Positions 1 through 13,330 of a DNA stretch of 64,000 bases are shown in pieces (the first letter of the stretch is position 1; every line of letters starts with the position of its first letter). A program made the position numbers and the translations under genes. The notes below the pieces were generated by a model. That model had not been told where the DNA came from and ran no database searches. It saw only the letters and a list, made by a program, of their open reading frames with translations. The stretch comes from Callorhinchus milii. Lineage: Eukaryota. Location of the stretch: contig NW_024704742.1 in the NCBI RefSeq assembly GCF_018977255.1, forward strand, positions 138,262,001 through 138,326,000, read 5' to 3'.

Positions 1-1060
1 ATTCAACACTGAGGTGCAGCCTGCCAGTGCCAGAGTTTTTGGATGATAATAATATAATTAATATAATAATTAATATAATATACAGGTAATTAGTATAATA
101 ACTCAACACTGAGGATCAGACCCCACTGGCAAAATACCCAGGTAACACCTTTATTATAATAATATCATTAATATGGTTACCAATAAACACAGTAATCAGT
201 TTATTTATAAAATCACCCCCAAAATATAGTCGCGCCAGTTTACACATATTCTGGGAAGCATTTTGAGACATCTTGACAAGGTGATAAGGCGCAATATAAA
301 ATGCAAGGATTATTATTATATTGTTAGTGATTCGGATGAGGTGTTAAAATTAAGTCCCACCATTCTGGTTGGGCAAGCGTTAAAGATCCTGCGGTGCTAT
401 TGGTAAAGCCAAGGGAATTTCTCTCTCCCAATATCCTGGCCAATAATCCCCCTGATATAATTGGACACTCACTTCATGGCTGTGTGTCTGTGAGAGTGCA
501 GTGCCCAGATTGGCTGCTGCGTTTGCCTATAAATACACAGTGACTACAGTAAAATCCAGAAGGACACCGTCAACATCCCAGTTTACAGTCAATGTTAAAC
601 AATTAATAATAAACCTCATGTTTGATACAACATCTGTTGTATTGAAGTGACTCAAAATGCTTGAGGCAGTTGCTGACAAGTGTAGTGACTGCAAAATCAC
701 TGCATTTGCTCACAAATAAGTCACTGCATTTGGTGAACACTCTTTCCCCCCCCCACCCCTCCTCTCTGTTTCTCTTCTCTCTCTGCCTGGTGATTTCTTT
801 TGTCTCTGTAAAATGCTTTGTGTAAGCTGTTGTGAAGCTGCTAGACTTTCACTGCGAGAAACACTGTGTAAGAGTGAGCTGTGAGTTTTTTTTGGTCAGC
901 CTGCCCTCAGCCCCTCTTGATCCCAACACCGAGCCGGGTCCAAATCTCTGATTATCCAGGGCCATGGGACATCCTCTTGATGTGAAAGCTGCAGTGAAAA
1001 TGTAATTTATTGTTTGTTGTTACATAAGAAATGCTAGACGAAAAAAGACCAAGATCCATC

Positions 1061-1187
1061 CACGTAGGGTTCTGACGAAATGTTGAACCACTTTCCTTTC
1101 TCCATAGATGTTGCCTGACCTGCTGAGTGCCCAGCGATCACTGTTTTTGTTTCAGATTTCCAGCATCTGCAGTATTTTGTGTTTTAT
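1061..1187 (+). mobile_element. Short Penelope-like terminal-repeat fragment inserted in the CR1 tail
   Basis: Flanked by the near-perfect 12-bp duplication ccaagatccatc (1049-1060) / ccaaggtccatc (1188-1199). Shares the block ctccatagatg..gcctgacctgctgag with the 10340-10610 copy. Starts with a truncated CTGACGA...AA hammerhead-like core. Confidence 0.6.
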
Positions 1188-1237
1188 CCAAGGTCCATCT
1201 AATTCACCTTCCACACTCCTGGCAGTCGCATGCACAT

Positions 1238-1510
1238 ATAATAATAATAATAATCCTTGCATTTGATGTAGCGCTTTTCACGTCTTCTTGACGTCTCAAA
1301 GCACTTCACAGAATATACTGTAAAGTGAATTGACTGTATATTTGTGGGCGAACGCGGCAGCCAATTGCGCACAGCAATGTCCCACAAACAGTCGTAGATT
1401 GAAAATGACCAATTTATTATTGTTTTGTTTTGGAGGATTATTATTAGGCTCTGTGTGGAGTAAGGAAACTTGTCCAAGGTTTCGCCCTCTGCCTGGAATC
1501 GAACTCAGGT
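1238..1510 (-). mobile_element. 5'-truncated tRNA/Deu SINE
   Basis: Reverse complement of the SINE body and (ATT)n tail seen intact at 13512-13835. Confidence 0.9.
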
Positions 1511-4219
1511 GTCATATACACACACACACACACACAGCCCGAACTACCTACATCCTAAATTCCATAATGTTATTTCCTAAAAGAAAACTTGTTAATCTGT
1601 TTGAAAGAATCAACATGTCCTGCTTCAGCCGTCTCCCTCGGGAGTCTGTTCCTCAGGTTCCCTATTCGCTCATTGAAATAGTGTTTGCATAGATTTGTTC
1701 TGAATTCCCCCTTCAATCGCAGGCCGTGGCCTCTGGTATTACTATTCTGGACAAGTTGAAACAGACAGTCATGATCCAGATCGTTTGGCCCCTTTAGAAT
1801 CTTAGACAGCAATCATGTCGCCTCTCAATCTGCTCTTTCCCAGTGTGAACACACCCAACTTACTGAGTCGCTCCTCATAGTCCAGTCCCTCCATTCCCTC
1901 AATCATTTGGTTGCCCTCCTCTGTATCTTCTCGATTTCTCCCATATCCTTTTGTACTGCGGTGACCAGAACTGCATACAGTATCTAAGTACAATCTCACC
2001 AATGATCTATACGGTGGCAGGATTACCCCACTATTTTGGCTGCTATTGATCTTTTGATACATCCCAACATCTGGTTTGCTTTACTCACTGCCACAGAGCA
2101 TTGTTGGGAGAGGTTCAATTTATTATCAATCAGGTCCTTTTCATTTTCCATACACATTATTTTCCTTCAATTCAAATAATAGTCCCTTCCAGGATTTTTT
2201 GTCCTCATGTGAAGTACTTTACATTTCTCCACATTGAATTTCATCTGCCACCAATGCGCCCAACTCAAATATGTTCAAATCCTCCTGTAACCTCTCTTGT
2301 TCAGTTGCGCAATCTACCACCTGCGTTAGCTTGGTGTCATCTGCCAACTTAGCCACTGTGCTTGTGACTCCCAGTTCCAGATCATTTATAAAAATGTTAA
2401 ACAAAAGTGGTCCCAAAACAGACCCTTGTGGAACTCCACTGGTAACATTTTCCCAGTCTGATGACATTCCCTGTACCACCATCCTCCGGGTTCTTACGGT
2501 CAACCAGTTGCGTATCCATTGTAATATACCTCCACTGATTCCCGCTTTCTTGATTTTCAGTACCAGCCTCTCAAGAAGAACTGTATCAAAGGCCTTACTG
2601 AGATCCAGATATAAAGCATTCACAGCCTTACCCTTATCAAGCTCCCTTGTCACACTGTCAAAGAAAAACAGTAAATTATATTGGCAAGACCTTCCCTTCA
2701 TATTGGCTATCATTTAGGATTTTTGTCCAGACGCTCCATGATTTTATCCTCAATAAGAGTCTCCTTAATTTTACTCACAATGGTCGTCAAACTTACTGGT
2801 CTATTTTCCTGGGTCACTTTTGTTACCCAAAATAGGAGTAATATCTGCCTTTCTCCAGTCCCCCAGCTCCTCTCCAGTATTCAGTGATTTCTGAAAGATT
2901 TGTGCCAGAGTTTCTGCGACTTCCTCCCTTAATTCGTTAAGGATCCTTGGATGCAATTCATCCAGCCCCTGAGATTTATTTACCTTAAGTTTGCACGTTG
3001 TTTGGTAGCCATGCTGGTAGTGAAAATGAATAGTGTTGCAACTGTCTTCTGCAACATCCATGAATTCTCTTTCCAGATCAAGTAGGTTACCCGTCTCCTC
3101 CTTGGTAAAGACTGATGCAAAAAACTTAGTTAGCACTACTGCAGCCTGTGCAGCATTATTTGTCATGTTCTCTTGCCACTTTCAGTGGCTCTATCCCGTG
3201 AAAGGTGCTTTACAAATGTAATTTTGTTGTTTTTCTTTTACTCTTAATGTAACTAACAACAAACTTTGTTATTATCATTCACATCTCTTGCCATGTTCAA
3301 TTCAAAACTTTTCTTTGCCATTCTTATGCATTTTTTTTTGCAGTCCTGGCATGCCTGTTGAAGAGCACTAGGGATGCCTTCTCCATTAGCCGACCACAAC
3401 TTCTGGTCCCTTTTCCAACAGAGACCCAATCACTTTCTCTAGATCCCAGGACCCCTCTCCTACTCTGCCCCCTAGCAAGGTCTCCTCTAATACATCATTT
3501 ATAAAGACTTCTCTCTCCCTAATACTTTGGTGCATGGCCAGTCGCTCGCTAAGGCTGACCACTTCAGCCTTGAGTGAATCTACCAGCTCGCGGTTATCGC
3601 AGATGAATCCCTTCAAAACATGAGCCTGGAAGGCAAACATCTCACAACTTCTGTAATGCACAAAGTATTCCATTGTTATTTACAGTATTCGAGGGGGAAA
3701 AAAACTTCAGCACGAGTGAGGTTTCTCACCTGCTTCTTCTCCCTCTACACTGAATTCCCACTTTCACCAAATTCCTTAATGAAAGTCTCTCTGCTCCAGT
3801 GAGACTCTCACAAATCTCCCCTTTATGTTGTCCTCTGACACAAACAGTTTCAACTGGTCAGCAAATAATTAACTAATCCCTTATACCTGGTCTGTGACTA
3901 ATTGTCCATTTGACTTCTTTGCTTGAAAAGTTCTCTCTTGCTCAAAGAATTCCCACTCTTTTGCTTAAAGAAAGAGTTCTGTCTTGCTCTCTAGTTCTCT
4001 CTTGCTCAAGTTGTGTGTGTGTGTGTGTCTCTCTCTCTCTGCGTCTCTGTGATTCCCAAGAGACTACCCTCCATGAAGGGTGCTCTATAAGTGCACATTG
4101 TTGTCTCTATGTGTCTGTCCATTCCGAAGACCTGCTACTGTTATTTACCTCATGAACGGAGGACACTCCGCCACATGCATCAAGGTCTACAGTGTGTTTA
4201 ATTCTCCCCCCTGTTTCAA

Positions 4220-5793
4220 GCTACGGCCCATCTCCAACCTCCCCTTTCTCTCCAAGGTCTTGGAAAGAGTTGTCGCCTCCCAACTGCGCTCTTTCCTCTC
4301 CACCCATTCTCTTTTGAACCCCTTCAGTCAGGTTTCCGTGCTGCTCATAGCACAGAAACTGCCCTGGTCAAGGTCACCAATGATATCCTGACCATCTGTG
4401 ACCAGGGCTCCCTCTGTCTCCTCGTCCTCCTCGACCTATCGGCAGCATTCGATACGGTCGACCACGCTATCCTACTCCACCGCTTGTCCTCCCACCTCAA
4501 CCTTCAAGGCACTGTCCTTGAATGGTTTAGCTCTTACCTTTCCCACCGTCTTCACTTCGTCTCAACGAATGGCTTCTCCTCCACCCCCCGTACTGTCTCA
4601 TGTGGTGTCCCTCAGGGCTCTGTCCTCGGTCCCCTCCTCTTCACCCTCTATATGCTCCCCCTGGTGACATCATCCGCAACATGGGTTAACTTCCACATGT
4701 ATGCGGATGACACCCAACTCTACCTTTCCTCCTCTACTCTCAACTCCACGACCACCGATGTCCTGACAGCCTGCCTGTCCGACATCGAGTCCTGGACGAG
4801 AGACAACTTTCTTCAGCTCAACGTGCGAAAAACCGAGGCCCTCCTGATTGGCTCACGTCAGCGCCTCCGCACCTCAGGCGCTGACACCATCAGCATCCAA
4901 GGCTGCACTCTCCACCTCTCAAAGCCAGTCAGGAACCTCGGCGTTTTGTTCGACCCTGAGCTGTCCTTTCTCCCTCACATCCGCACCACAACTGGCACCG
5001 CCTTCCATCACCTCCGGAATATCGCCAGACTACGGCACTACCTCACCCCTCACGCTGCTGAAACCCTGGTTCACGCCTTTGTCACCTCAAGGCTGGACTA
5101 TGGGAACTCTCTCCTCGCCGGCCTTCCCGCACCTCCCTCCACAAGCTGCAGGTCATTCAGAACTCTGCAGCTCGTGTACTGTCCCGCACCAGGCTTCGGG
5201 ACCACATCACTCCCACCCTCGCTCGCCTCCACTGGCTCCCCATCCCCCAGAGGATTGATTTCAAGATCCTCATCCTCACCTACAAGGCCATTCACGGCCT
5301 TGCTCCCTCCTACCTCTCCAACCTACTATCCCCCTACCTACCTGCCCGTACCCTCCGTTCCTCTGGCTCCGGTCTGCTCCACGTCCCCCGCCCCAACCGC
5401 CCTACTATCGGTGGTCGGGCCTTCAGCCTCTCAGCCCCGAGGCTCTGGAACTCCATCCCCCAGTGCCTTCGCCTTGCTTCCTCCCTTTCCTCCTTCAAGG
5501 CCGGTCTCAAAACCTTTCTCTTTGACCGAGCCTTCAGCTCCCCTCTCGACTCTCTTCCTCCTCCTCGCTCCCTCCCTTCCCTCCCCTCACCCTGACCATT
5601 TCCCCCTCCTCTCTCCCTCCCTTCCCTCCCCTCACCCTGACCATTTCCCCCCTCCTCGCTCCCTCCCTTCCCTCCCCTCCCCCTGACCATTTCCCCCCTG
5701 CTCGGGTCATGACCCAACTGTGCAGCGCCTTGGGACGTCCTCCTGACGTGAAAGGCGCTCTATAAATGGAATCTTGTTGTTGTTGTTGTTGTT
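4220..5793 (+). mobile_element. 5'-truncated young L2-clade LINE (RT C-terminal half, frameshifted)
   Basis: Motifs [64 protein letters not shown]. Pyrimidine-rich 3' UTR with short tandem units, a terminal stem-loop and a (TTG)n tail. Confidence 0.95.
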
Positions 5794-5968
5794 GAACCCA
5801 GCTCATGTTTGAAATTCTGTACACTGTCCAGTGCCTTGGGACGTCCTCTCGACGTGAAAGGCGCTATATAAATGTAATCTGTTTGTTGTTGTTGTTGTTG
5901 GGTTCAGGATCCACCTCTGTACAGCGCTCCGAAACGCTACCCTGCGTGTATAAATGTAAATTGTTGTT

Positions 5969-6338
5969 GTGGAATCCTGTAGTGGTTAGAGAACTCGTCT
6001 CGCAAGCCAGAGGACCTGGATTTGATTTCCGGGAATGGCAAAATGTTGGGTAAGTTTCCTTACTCCACACGCCTCTGTTTACCAGCAGTGGGTAGGAACC
6101 CGATTGTTAATCGCTTGGCGGATCGCTTTTCCAGGGATAATAATCCCTTCCAAAGAAATAAATTTGGTCACTTCAATCCATGACTGTTTGTGGGATGTCG
6201 CTGTGCACAATTGGCTGCCACGTTTGGCCCACAAAATATAGTCAATTCACTTTACAGTATATTCTATGAAGTGCTTTGACGTCTCGAAGACGTGTTAAGG
6301 AGCTATATCAAATGCAAGGATTATTATTATTATTATTA
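5969..6338 (+). mobile_element. tRNA/Deu SINE, long subfamily
   Basis: Degenerate tRNA head, internal gcctctgtttaccagcag...ggaaccc segment, Deu-like core tgtttgtgggatgtcgctgtgcacaattggctgcc, (ATT)n tail. Confidence 0.9.
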
Positions 6339-7799
6339 TGTCCTTCAGGGAAGGAATCCTGCCAGTTTGACCTACATGTGACTCAGCCACACACTCCGTG
6401 GTTTCCTCTTGAAACCTTCAAGCAAGACTCTTATCACATAACCCCCGTAACTTCGCATCAGCACAAGTTATGGACCAGGAGGTTGTTTCACATTCTTACA
6501 TTTGCCATTTGGATGTCAGTGTTGTGCACTCGCTCACACTCTCACCCCATGAGTTAAAACATTGTGCGTCAGCAAGGATTATTATTAAACAGCTGGGGGG
6601 GGGTTCATGTTGACAATTTAAGCTTCCCGGGATTTTATTGACACCCACTATTTTTCGACTGTTTTTGAAGAAAATTCCATTGTTGTATAAATCATCACAC
6701 TGCCCCGCACACTCCTCCGCAAAAACAAAATCCAGCCTGTTCTTTCCTGATCAAACCTCAAGCGCATGCCAAAACTCACTCCCCAAAGCACCACCTCAGG
6801 CAATCAGTGAGATCTCTCGCTGGTTCTCAGTCTCACCAGGGTCAACCTTCTTGTGGATAGAACAACAACAAATTACATTTACACAGCATCTGCCTTTCAC
6901 GTCGGGAGGACGGCCAAAGGCGCTGGACAGTCAGGGATTTGAACCGAGCAGGGGGTTGGGATCAGGAGGGGTGGAGGGCAGTGAGGGTGGGGGTAGGAGG
7001 GTGACCATAGGCTCAGTCGAAGAGTAGGGTCTTGAGACAGGCCTTGGAGGATGTGAGGGAGGGAGTGAGATGAAGGGATTGTGGGATTGAGTTCCAAAGG
7101 GTAGGGGCAGAGAGGCTGAAGGAACGATCGCCGCTGGAGCTTCCTGAGTGGAGGGAGCGGACAGGTCGATATGGAAACAGCCATTGCACTCTGGAACACT
7201 GCCGTGGTGTGTGCCTCAGACAGAGTCCTGTCGAGCAGAACCAGGAGGGCATCTCCAAAATGAGTTGGCGGTTCCTGGTTCTGATAATATTATTAATAAT
7301 TAATAATAATATTAATCCTTGCATTTTATATAGCACTTTTCATGTCTTCGAAACATCTTAAAGCGCTTCACAGAAAAGACTGTACTGTAAAGTGAATTGA
7401 CCGTATATTTGTGGGCGGCAGCCAATTGCACACAGTACTATTGCCTGGCACGAGTGATTGATATTCTGTGATTACTGCTCAAATTGAATGGTATAACTAT
7501 ATAAAAATGGCATGATTGGAAAACCAAATCTTTTTTAGTGGGTCTTTCGACATCGAGAATGTGCGGAGCCTTGGCAATATGGAACTGTACAGCTCTTATT
7601 TCTCCTGGAGACTCGTACAACCTGTACACCAGTCTGATCTGCAAGCGACAGCATTTGGATTAAATCTTAATCAAAATCTAATACGTTGAAGTGACCAATT
7701 TATTATTGTGTTTTTTTTAAGGATTATTACCCCCGGAAAAGTGAACCGCCTATCGACTAACAATAGGGTTCCTACTAGCTGCCTTTGCAGCATTCAAGC

Positions 7800-8200
7800 T
7801 TATCGCACCCTCGATCCCTCTAATCTCCCACACTACCATCCCATCTCCAACCTACCCTTCCTTGCCAAAGTCCTAGAACGCATTGTTGCAGGTCAACTTG
7901 GATCACATCTCTCCCTCCACTCCCTCCTCGAGCCCCTGCAGTCTGGTTTTTGCCCTGATACCCACAGCACAGACAGCACTTGTCAAGGTCAAAACAACGT
8001 CCTCTTTATCTGTGACCAGGGCTCCATCTGCCTCCTCGTCCTCCTGGACCTCTCTGCCGCTTTCGACACTGTCGACCATGCCATCCTCCTCCATTGGCCT
8101 CTCTTCCCTCAGCCACCTTAGTGGGACCGCACTCGCATAGTTCAAGTCCTACTTAACCAGCCACCTCCATTTCATCACAGCAAGTGGTTTCTCCTCCCGC
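7800..8200 (+). mobile_element. Older L2 RT fragment
   Basis: [26 protein letters not shown] and [15 protein letters not shown] in ORF 7708-8121. Confidence 0.85.
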
Positions 8201-8209
8201 CCCATAACA

Positions 8210-8515
8210 ATAATAAATAATATAATAATCCTTGCATTTGATATAGTGTTTTTTATGTCTTCTGGATGTCTCAAAGCGCTTCACAGAATATGCTGCAAAG
8301 TGAATTGACCGTATATTTGTGGACGGAACACGGCAGCCAATTACGCACAGCAGTGTCTCACAAACAGTCGTGGATTGAAAATGACCAATTTATTATTATT
8401 TTGTTTGGAGGGATTATTATCAGGTGTGTGGAGTAAGGAAACTTGCCTAAGGTTTCGCCCTCTGCCTGGAATTGAACCCAGGTGTCTCGCTTGCAAGGCG
8501 AGTGCTCTAACCTCT
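8210..8515 (-). mobile_element. tRNA/Deu SINE
   Basis: Reverse complement of the SINE consensus seen elsewhere in the window. Confidence 0.9.
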
Positions 8516-8854
8516 AACCATCACTTGTGGGATACCCCAGGGACCCCATCCTTGACCCTCTTCTTTTCCTTATCTATAGGTTCCCTCTGGGGGAAACTTC
8601 CAAATGTAAGCGAATAACACACAAATCTACTTTGCCTCCTCCAGCACCAACTCCAGGTCCCTGATGTTCTATCGGCTTGTCTGGCAGACATCATTATTAT
8701 TGGCAGACATCATTGGCAGACATTATTATTAGTATCAGGGCCTGCAGCTGAATATGGACAAAACAGAAGCTATACTCCTTGGCTCCCATCAAAGTCTTCA
8801 CTCCTCAACCTCCCTGGGCTCTCCCTCAGACTCACTGAACCAGTGCACAACCTA

Positions 8855-9388
8855 GTCATTCAGAACTCTGCAGCTCGTGTACTGTCCCGCACCAGGCTTC
8901 GGGACCACATCACTCCCACCCTCGCTCGCCTCCACTGGCTCCCCATCCCCCAGAGATTGATTTCAAGATCCTCATCCTCACCTACAAGGCCATTCACGGC
9001 CTCGCTCCCTCTACCTCTCAACCTACTATCCCCCTACCTACCTGCCCGTACCCTCCGTTCCTCTGGCTCCGGTCTGCTCCACGTCCCCGCCCCAACCGCC
9101 CCTACCCATCGGTGGTCGGGCCTTCAGCCTCTCAGCCCCCAGGCTCTGGAACTCCATCCCCCCAGGCCTTCGCCGCTTCCTCCCTTTCCTCCTTCAAGGC
9201 CGGTCTCAAAACCTTTCTCTTTGACCGGCCTTCAGCTCCCCTCTCGACTCTCTTCCCCCCCTCCTCCCTCCCTTCCCTCACCCTGACCATTTCCCCCCTG
9301 CTCGGGTCATGACCCAACTGTGCAGCGCCTTGGGACGTCCTCCTGACGTGAAAGGCGCTTTATAAATGGAATCTTGTTGTTGTTGTTG
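8855..9388 (+). mobile_element. Young 5'-truncated L2 nested inside an older L2 fragment (about 8530-9585)
   Basis: Near-identical to 5152-5793. The older L2 reads ...aacctag | taggcgtccgg... across the insertion. Confidence 0.9.
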
Positions 9389-10339
9389 TAGGCGTCCGGT
9401 TTGACCCCCAGCTGTCCTTCCTCCCCCACATTGGTCCCTGACCAGGACCGCCTTCTTCCATCTCCACCACATTGCCTGCCTCCAACCGTACCTTACCCCA
9501 GAGTCTGGCTCCGCCACTGTTAAGCGCTCTGAAATGCTACCCTGCGTGGAGGGCACTGTATAAAAGCAAGTTGTTGTTGTTGCTGCTGCTCAAGGTTTCT
9601 CTTAAAGAGAGAGAGAGCACTCACTTCGCAAACCCACACAGGATAGCGTCTCAGACATAGAGAATAAGTACAAGTGAGAAGAGACGTAAAAGAGAGATAT
9701 ATAAGATATATACTGTATATAATAATAATCCTCACATTGATACAGCGCCTTATCAAGTCTTTGAGACGTCTCAAAGCACTTCATAGGATATACTGTAAGT
9801 GAAGTGAATTGAATATACTGTTTGTGGGTGAAATGTGGACGAAATATACACATATAGAGAGATATAAGATATATACAGTGTATATACATATATAGAGAGA
9901 AGAGCGAGAAAGAGACAGACAGATCCCCTCAGAGTACAAGGTTGTAACTTGACATCCAAACTAAACAGACAAGCATTGACTTTTGCACTTTCACATTCAA
10001 TAAATAAACACACGAGGGACCAGAGGAAAACCCATCTAGTTGCATTTATCCAGAAACGTTCACAAACAGAGGACAAGCGCAATGATTGGTTCGCAGGAAG
10101 AAGAACTTTAACCCATTAACCACATCTTCCCATTATCCCCACTGAACCTCTTCCATCACAGCACTGGACTCTTTTGGGAAATGAGTCCAATGTCCTGATG
10201 TCAACCAGTTCCAGTCAGTAAATTCCCGCTGGTTAGAGAGATGTCAAGTCTGGCTCCCGTCTGCCTGTCCAGATGGATGTTTAAAAGATCTCAGCGGCGT
10301 CATTGGAAAAGAGAAGGGAATTTCTCTTTGTTCGGCAGT

Positions 10340-10610
10340 ATTAACACCTCTATTCCCCTGCTTTGTTGCAATCCCCCTTTGTTTTGCATCATTAACACCT
10401 CTTTAACCCATCATCCCCCGTCCTCTACCCCATTTTCTCCTCTGTCTTCCTTGCCCTGACTCCCCCCTCTCTGTTAGCTCTTAAAAGCCTCTCCCCCACA
10501 GCGTGCCCCAGTTCGGACGAAGGGTCATGGACCCGAAACGTTGACTCACTTTCCTCTCTCCATAGATGCCGCCTGACCTGCTGAGGGCTCCCAGCGACTT
10601 GGCTTTTTGA
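10340..10610 (+). mobile_element. Penelope-like element 3' terminal repeat with degenerate minimal hammerhead ribozyme motif
   Basis: Pyrimidine-rich leader followed by cGGACGA-agggtcatggaccc-GAAACG (10514-10540), i.e. CUGANGA/stem II/GAAA architecture with one core substitution. Confidence 0.6.
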
Positions 10611-12111
10611 GAACATAAGAAATGCTGGACGAAAAAAGACCAAGGTCCATCTAGTTCACCTTCCACCTTCCTGGTGGTTGCATGCACATATGTCCTGAAC
10701 TATCTAGGTACTAAATCCCATAATGTTATTTCTGAAAAGAATACTGTCTAATCTGTATTTGTGGGAATCAACATTTCCTGATCTCGCATTCCAAGCACAG
10801 CTATTCTGGGGGAGATAATCTCTCTCCACATCTGTTCAGCGGCTGTTGTCTCTTGGGGCAGAGAGGGGTGGCAGGGGGAGGGAATGGGGGAAAGGGGAAA
10901 GAGAGCTGGATGACTATTCGATAGACTTCGATAGATGGACAGAAACACTACTGGACTGAACTGACTGCCGGTCATGGATACTCAGTGACCTTTAGCACCA
11001 AGGTCTTGCAACATTTCCCTTGAATTGTGTTGGAATGATTTCTGAGAATCCTCAGACTCGGTTACCAATCTACAGTTACTCACAAAATCCCTTGGCCTCA
11101 CTCCCTTCCCTCCCCAACCCTCCCTCCTTCCCGGAGCCTCCTGACAAACCGTCATCCCCTTCCTCCCATGCCGACCCTCTTTGCCTCCTCTCACCTTACT
11201 CTCTCAATACTCTCTCATCCACAAGATACACAAAATATAATTAAATACAGTCAATCCACTTTCCGGTATATCCTGTGAATCACTTTGAGACGCCTCAACG
11301 ATGTGATAAGGCGCTATATCAAATGCAAGGATTATTATTGTTAAAAATAATAATTTGCTCACTTATTCCACGACTGTTTGTGGGACGCTGCTGTGCGCAA
11401 TTGGCTGCCACGGTTCGCGCACAAAATACACAGTCAATCCACTTTACAGTATACTCTGTGAAGCGCTTTGAGACGTCTTGAAGATGTAATAAGGTTCTAT
11501 ATCAAATGCAAGGATTATTATTATTTATATAGCGCCTTATCACATCTCAAAGCGCCTCACAGAATATACTGAAAAGCGAATTGATTGTGTAATTTGTGCG
11601 CGAAACGCAGCAGTCAATTGTGACACAGCAGTGTCCCACAAAACGTCGTGGATTTAGTGACCTAATTATTATTTTTTTTTCTTTTTGAAGGGATTACTAC
11701 TGGAAAATCGATCTGCCAATCAACTGACAACCATTTTCCTCCTAAACAGAGGCTTGTGTATAGAGTAAGGAAACTTGCTTAATGTTTTGCCCTACCCAGG
11801 AATCAAACCCAGGTCCTCTCAGTTGCGAGGCGAGCGATCTAACCAATATGCTACAAGACTTAATGACATGGTCGAGACTTCTGTGACCAGGCTCTCCGTC
11901 CGCATCTGAAACCACGCTGCAATCCCACACTGAAGGCTGCACAGTCACTCTCCTCATTGAGTTTTTCCCTTTGCTTGCCTGCTGTGAGCTGGAGTTCATC
12001 AGCCTTGAGAAACATTGTGTGACGTTCCAACGGGGCAAAGCTCGTCAACGCAGAGCTGGGGTTCGAACCAAGCTTATTCCTCTGGGAACAGACCTTTATA
12101 CTTGGATATAC

Positions 12112-13330
12112 TTTGCAAAAGGGAAGTGTTTAACTAATCTAATGTTTTGAAGATGTATCTGCAGGTTAGATGGGGGGAACCAGTAGATGTAGTATATTTA
12201 GATTTCAAAAAGGCATTTGACAAAGTGCCACAGAAAAGGCTATTGCATAAGGTTCAGGCCCACGGGATTAATGGGAACATATTATTGGATTGAATTGGAT
12301 TGAATGGATTGAATTGGATTGAATGGATTGAAGAGTGGCCAACGGGTAGAAAACAGAGAGTAGAGATAAATGGGTCATTCTCGAATTGGCCAGAGGTGAC
12401 TAGTGGAGTGCCACAGGATCAGTGTTTGGGCCTCAGCTATTTACAATTTACATCAATGATCCGGACGAGGACATTGAATGTAACGTATCTAAATTCGCAG
12501 ATGACACTAAACTCGGTGGGAGAGTGAGCTCTGAGGATGATGCAAAAAGATTGCAGCGGGACATAGATAGGCTCGGGGAGTGGGCGAGGAGGTGGCAGAT
12601 GGAATTTAATGTGGGGAAGTGTGAGGTTATTCACCCGGGTAGAAAAAATAGAAAAACAGATTATTTTTTGGAAGGGGAGAGATTAGATAGTGTTAGTGTT
12701 CAGAGGGATTTGGGTGTCCGTGTACACCGGTCTCAAAAAGTTAGTTTGCAGTGCAGCAGCAACTAAGAAGGCGAACGGCAGTTAGCGTTCATTGCAAAAG
12801 GTTTAGAATATAAGAGTAGGGAAGTCTGACTGCAACTGTATAGGGCTTTGGTGAGACCGCACCGAGAGTATTGTGTCAAGTTTTGGTCCTTATTTAAAAA
12901 AGGACATACTTGCCCTCGAGGGGGTGCAGCGTAGATTCACTCGGTTAGTTCCTGGGATGAGGGGACTGACCTATGAGGAGAGGCTGAATAAACTGGGGCT
13001 GTATTCTCTAGAGTACAGAAGAATTAGGGGAGATCTTATTGAAACATATAAGATTCTTAAAGGGCTGATAAAGTAGACACAGAGGGTCTGTTTCCCCGGG
13101 AGGAGAATCTATAACCCGGGGTCACAGTCTGAAAATTAAGGGTCAGCCTTTTAGAACAGAGTTGAGGAAACATTTCTTCACTCAGAAGGCAGTGACTTTA
13201 TGGAATTCACTCCCCCAGAAGGCTGTAGATGTCAGTCCTTGAACATCTTCAAGGCTGAGACTGATAGATTCTTGAAAAACAGAGGGATTAGGGGATATGG
13301 GGAGAGGGCGGGTAATCAGAGTTAGGTCGT
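12112..13330 (+). mobile_element. 5'-truncated CR1 LINE (RT C-terminus, frameshifted)
   Basis: VTSGVPQ, FTIYIND, SKFADDTKLGG, WQMEFNVGKCEVIH, LEGVQRRFTRLVPGM, RIRGDLIETYKIL. Confidence 0.93.

Larger units (their letters stand above)
1022..3900 (-). mobile_element. Degraded, internally deleted CR1-clade LINE (ORF1 N-terminus, ORF2 RT fragments, 3' tail), interrupted by a SINE and a Penelope-type fragment
   Basis: Minus-strand ORFs carry CR1 RT motifs: [40 protein letters not shown] (2219-2713); GLDELHPRILNEL (2801-3166); RLRGDMI (1802-2062); TRGHGLRL (1570-1812). 3386-3673 resembles the CR1 ORF1 zinc-finger/leucine-zipper start. A TTCTTATG-type tail lies at about 1022. Confidence 0.88.

Noticed and set aside
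4484..5686. 400-aa ORF as a functional RT gene
   Set aside because: 5'-truncated L2 with frameshifts; the C-terminal half is out of frame.
11860..12100. Possible minus-strand coding exon
   Set aside because: No recognisable protein in the frames examined, and only a weak non-canonical donor.
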